The position numbers and the translations under genes were made by a program. Shown here piece by piece: positions 60,849 to 64,000 of a DNA stretch of 64,000 bases; positions within the stretch are counted from its first letter, which is position 1, and each line of letters begins with the position of its first letter. The DNA is from Amphiscolops sp. MND2022 (taxonomy: Eukaryota). The notes below the pieces were generated by a model that worked only from the letters and a program-made list of their open reading frames with translations, was not told the DNA's origin and did no database searches. Location of the stretch: the NCBI GenBank assembly GCA_964187785.1, contig OZ076417.1, positions 16,306,001-16,370,000 on the forward strand, in the 5' to 3' direction.

Positions 60849-63320
60849 TCAATCCGTGTGGCTGTGATAGACAAGTCCAACCCCCAGTGGGTTCGTATGA
60901 CAAGAGTTCACTTGTTGTTGCACTGGCTTCCGTGCGCGATCTTTCAGTGGGCAGTCTATTACGAAATGTGATGGATCACCGCAATTGAAACACGCTCTCT
61001 GAGGCTGTTGTCGGTAGGGTGCCGGCTGTTGAAGTGGGGGTTGTTGAGCATGCTGTATTGGTGAGGGAATTGCCGGAGGCAATTTTGGTTGTTGATTAGG
61101 TTGTGGAGGTTGTTGTTGCTGTAGAGGGGGTATCTGGTAATTGTCTGGACGCGAGGAGCCATGCATACGTAGGTATTGTTGAACAGTGAAGCGGAGCGCT
61201 TCTACTGTGTGGGCGCTTCTACGTTTTATTCCGGGGCATACATGAGCGCGAGATTTCGTTTTAGCTCGAAATTGCGCACTCCATCAATGAATCTTTGCAT
61301 GATTTCGTATCGTCGAACAGTTACTTCCTCGTTTGGGTAACCTTGGCTACGCAAGCCTTCAAGGGCGTCTAGGTACTGCAGATAGTCTTCTTCATGGTTT
61401 TGGTTTCGGGTTCTGAATTGTTGTTGGATGTGGATCTTCCTTGATCCGGTTCCAATTCGACGAGCCAATAACGCGAAAACTTTGTCGTCAGTGTTCCTTT
61501 CCGCCTCGGACTTGTTGGTGATGTAATCCCCTGCTTTGTGTTCCAGGTATTCGATTATTGTCCCGGCTTTGTCAAGGTCCCTGGCATGCGGTTTTTCTAA
61601 ATGGCGTTTCATTAACATCATCCATCCGTCAGCATTGCCATCTTTTGTTCCTCGATACTTCGTGGGTTTGTCTTTTGATTCTTTGGCCGCCAGTAGAGGT
61701 CCAAGACCCTTTGACATGGCGGTCGATATGGCTTCTGCTAGCGCTTGTCGTTGACTCGTACTCGGAGTATCGGGGGTTGCATTCGAAGTTTCTGGGGTTT
61801 CTCCCATTTCGCTTTGATCATGTTGCAACATTCGCTCGGTTGTAAGTTTGTGCTGCGTCCAAGTATGTTTGCTTGGGCTGGTTGGTACTTGCATTGGTTC
61901 GCGTTGTGTAATAGTTTGACTCTCTGGAGGTCATTCCACTCGCAGGCGAATAATAGTCTCGCGTCGTCGATGCACCATGGGCGTAAGGATCAAATGAGAC
62001 GGTAGTCAATGGGTCCGTACTAACGTCACGTGATTCAGCTTGTAGGATTTTATCCATTTTGTTGGTTTTTGGGAGGTCTCTCTTGTAGATCGCGGGCGGT
62101 ATTAGTTTCAAAGGCTTGAGTTGTTCGACATTGGATTGTGCCACCTTTCGATAGGTGGTTTGCGTTGGTGGAGCTGCACTGGTAGAACGTAGGTCGCTCA
62201 AGTGGGGTACCATAGGCGCCGCTGGCGCTGCTTTTGCTTGTGCAGCGGCTGTTTGAGACACCATGGCTCTCACTCCTAACGTCAGGTCTTTTTTGTAGTC
62301 ATTAGGTCTATCATGCGGGTATCCGCGTCTGTCTCTCTGCGCTGCATTAGATCAGACATTAGCCTCATGCGTTCGTCGGATTGACGATATCTTTTTTTCA
62401 TCACAGCTGACTTTTCGGCCGTGCGAGTATCGGCTAAGTTTTCCCGCTGCTTGATTAAATCGTTCATGGATGCTTCAATCTTCCCTGGTTCTGGTGTCCT
62501 TCTGCTTGTATCTCTAGGAGGCCTTTTCTCATTTCATCCATGTCTCTCATAATCACGTCGGCGCGCATTACATGCTCGCTATTCTCTCGTATCAGTCGTG
62601 AGTGTACTTGGGTGAGTTGGGCAAGATTACTTCGGAAATCTTCCCTGGCCGCCTGCAATTCTTTTCGGATCTTTGTGATGGTTGAGTCTGGGGCTGTTCT
62701 CGCGGTGGTCCTGGAGTTAGGTGTGTAGGTTGATCGTTCGATGTTTCCAGGGCCGAAGTTCTGGCTTCTTGATGGGGGCGTCCTGAAGACATACCGCAGT
62801 GGGTTGTCTTCGATTTGTGTAGGCAGGTTTTCACTCGGTTTGTTTGGTGCCTTGGATGGCCCTCCTTGTTGAGCGTATCCACTATTGGTTAGCGCATGGG
62901 AACCCGATGGGTTCCCCTGGATTATTGGTGTTCGAGGAGCCGCTATCGGGGTTGTGATGCGGCTTCTTCGGTGGTATCTATTTCGCATAATGGCTTGTTG
63001 TTTGAATTTGGCCATTCCTCCAAACTATAGTCAGTGACTTCTGGAGGGGGGCATTCAATGTTTTGTGAGATTTTTCCAGCACCATCCACTTGATTGGTAC
63101 TATCGGGGGAAGCTGGCGACGAACTGGGTTGTTCAGCAGCAGCTTTTATTTCTGCATTTTGTTCCGAATTGGGGATATAGTCGGACATGAGCTCTGAAAA
63201 CATATATGTAATGGTGGATTCAAGGAGTTTTTCAGAGAGAGTCTCCCACCTGGTCATGGCTTCCATTTGGTTGCTGAATGAATTCGTGGCATGGAATTCC
63301 CCGAAAATTTTCTTGTCCAT
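60849..63320 (-). pseudogene. gag: Gypsy gag region with CCHC zinc knuckle, fragmented
   Basis: KPTKYRGTKDGNADGWMMLMKRHL..., QQFRTRNQ...DALEGLRSQGYP, and CFNCGDPSHFVIDCP. Confidence 0.85.
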
Positions 63321-64000
63321 TTTTACTAATTCCGTTGCGTACGAATCGATTGTGATTGGAGTTCTTGCTTTTGTTTGTGGTGGGGTTACGTACTCTACCC
63401 TTCCCCCCTTGAAATGGAAGCTGGTGGGTGCGGCGGGGAGCGATTTGGTTTTTCAAGATGGTGATCAACTAAAAGAACGGTAGTATTTTTGCTAGGTTAA
63501 CTAAGTTAATGCTATGCTTAATGTTACGACTATCAGAACATTTTGATTTCAACAATTTTTTTGTGTGTCTACTCGGACGGGGGTTTACAGGTTATTATAC
63601 GCCGATTCTTCACTGGGATACCTGTGAGTGAAACGAGTGAATTTTGACGGGAGTGTTGGGTGGCTGGTTAAATTTGGTAGTGATTATCGAGATGGCCTCA
63701 GCGCAGTGCGCTTATTTGACTAGTGGTGTTCAATACTCACTACGCTTTCCTGATTAATGAATTCGAGTGGAATGGGTCGAACGAAAATAGAGGTGGGTTT
63801 TAGGATTTAGTATGAAAAAAGGCACTGAGTTTGGATGTATGATTCGCATCGTAGTGGTGATGCTATGCCAATAAGCATCCACCTTTTTAGTAGGCTAGAT
63901 TATCAGTTTCTAGTTTTGCATCCCACAAAGCATGTTACTGGGAGTCTCTGACCTTGAAAACGCTTGGAAGGTGGTACAATCGGTTCAATGGGATGTGTTG

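Larger units (their letters stand above)
49200..64000 (-). mobile_element. Decayed Ty3/Gypsy LTR retrotransposon with a long 3' accessory region; 5' LTR lies beyond the window
   Basis: Domain order gag-PR-RT-RH-IN on the minus strand with many frameshifts. The 3' boundary is approximate. Confidence 0.9.

Overview
AT-rich eukaryotic (probably invertebrate animal) genomic window made almost entirely of nested mobile elements. No rRNA, tRNA or CRISPR was found. (1) 1-10.4 kb: a Ty3/Gypsy RNase H remnant, fragments of an env-type LTR family and several CCC-ended TIR elements. One of these (5652-8054, perfect 20-bp TIRs, TG target duplication) carries a CRE-clade non-LTR RT fragment. (2) 10451-21116: a degenerate LTR-bounded element with no recognisable gag-pol, but with small hydrophobic ORFs, a chuvirus/gB-like (class III) envelope pseudogene and further accessory ORFs. 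(3) 23644-45551: a complete 21.9-kb Polinton/Maverick endogenous virus with AG...CT ends, ~90-bp TIRs and a perfect 6-bp TSD (AATGGT). All genes are on the minus strand: protease, major capsid, cupiennin-like core protein, penton, integrase, packaging ATPase, pPolB and accessory genes. Several core genes are broken. Its most unusual cargo is a predicted three-exon gene (PPxY motif, SPRY-like domain, SOCS-box-like C-terminus) whose second intron holds an 8 x 156-bp hairpin-bearing array; it also carries a PLA2-like and a PC4-like ORF. (4) 46.2-47.7 kb: two exons of a host C3HC4 RING (TRIM-like) gene. (5) ~49.2-64 kb: a decayed minus-strand Gypsy element with gag, PR, RT, RH and IN, plus a ~6-kb 3' region encoding a TARG1-like macrodomain and a possible SGNH-hydrolase fold. 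All protein assignments come from motif recognition by eye, not from database searches.
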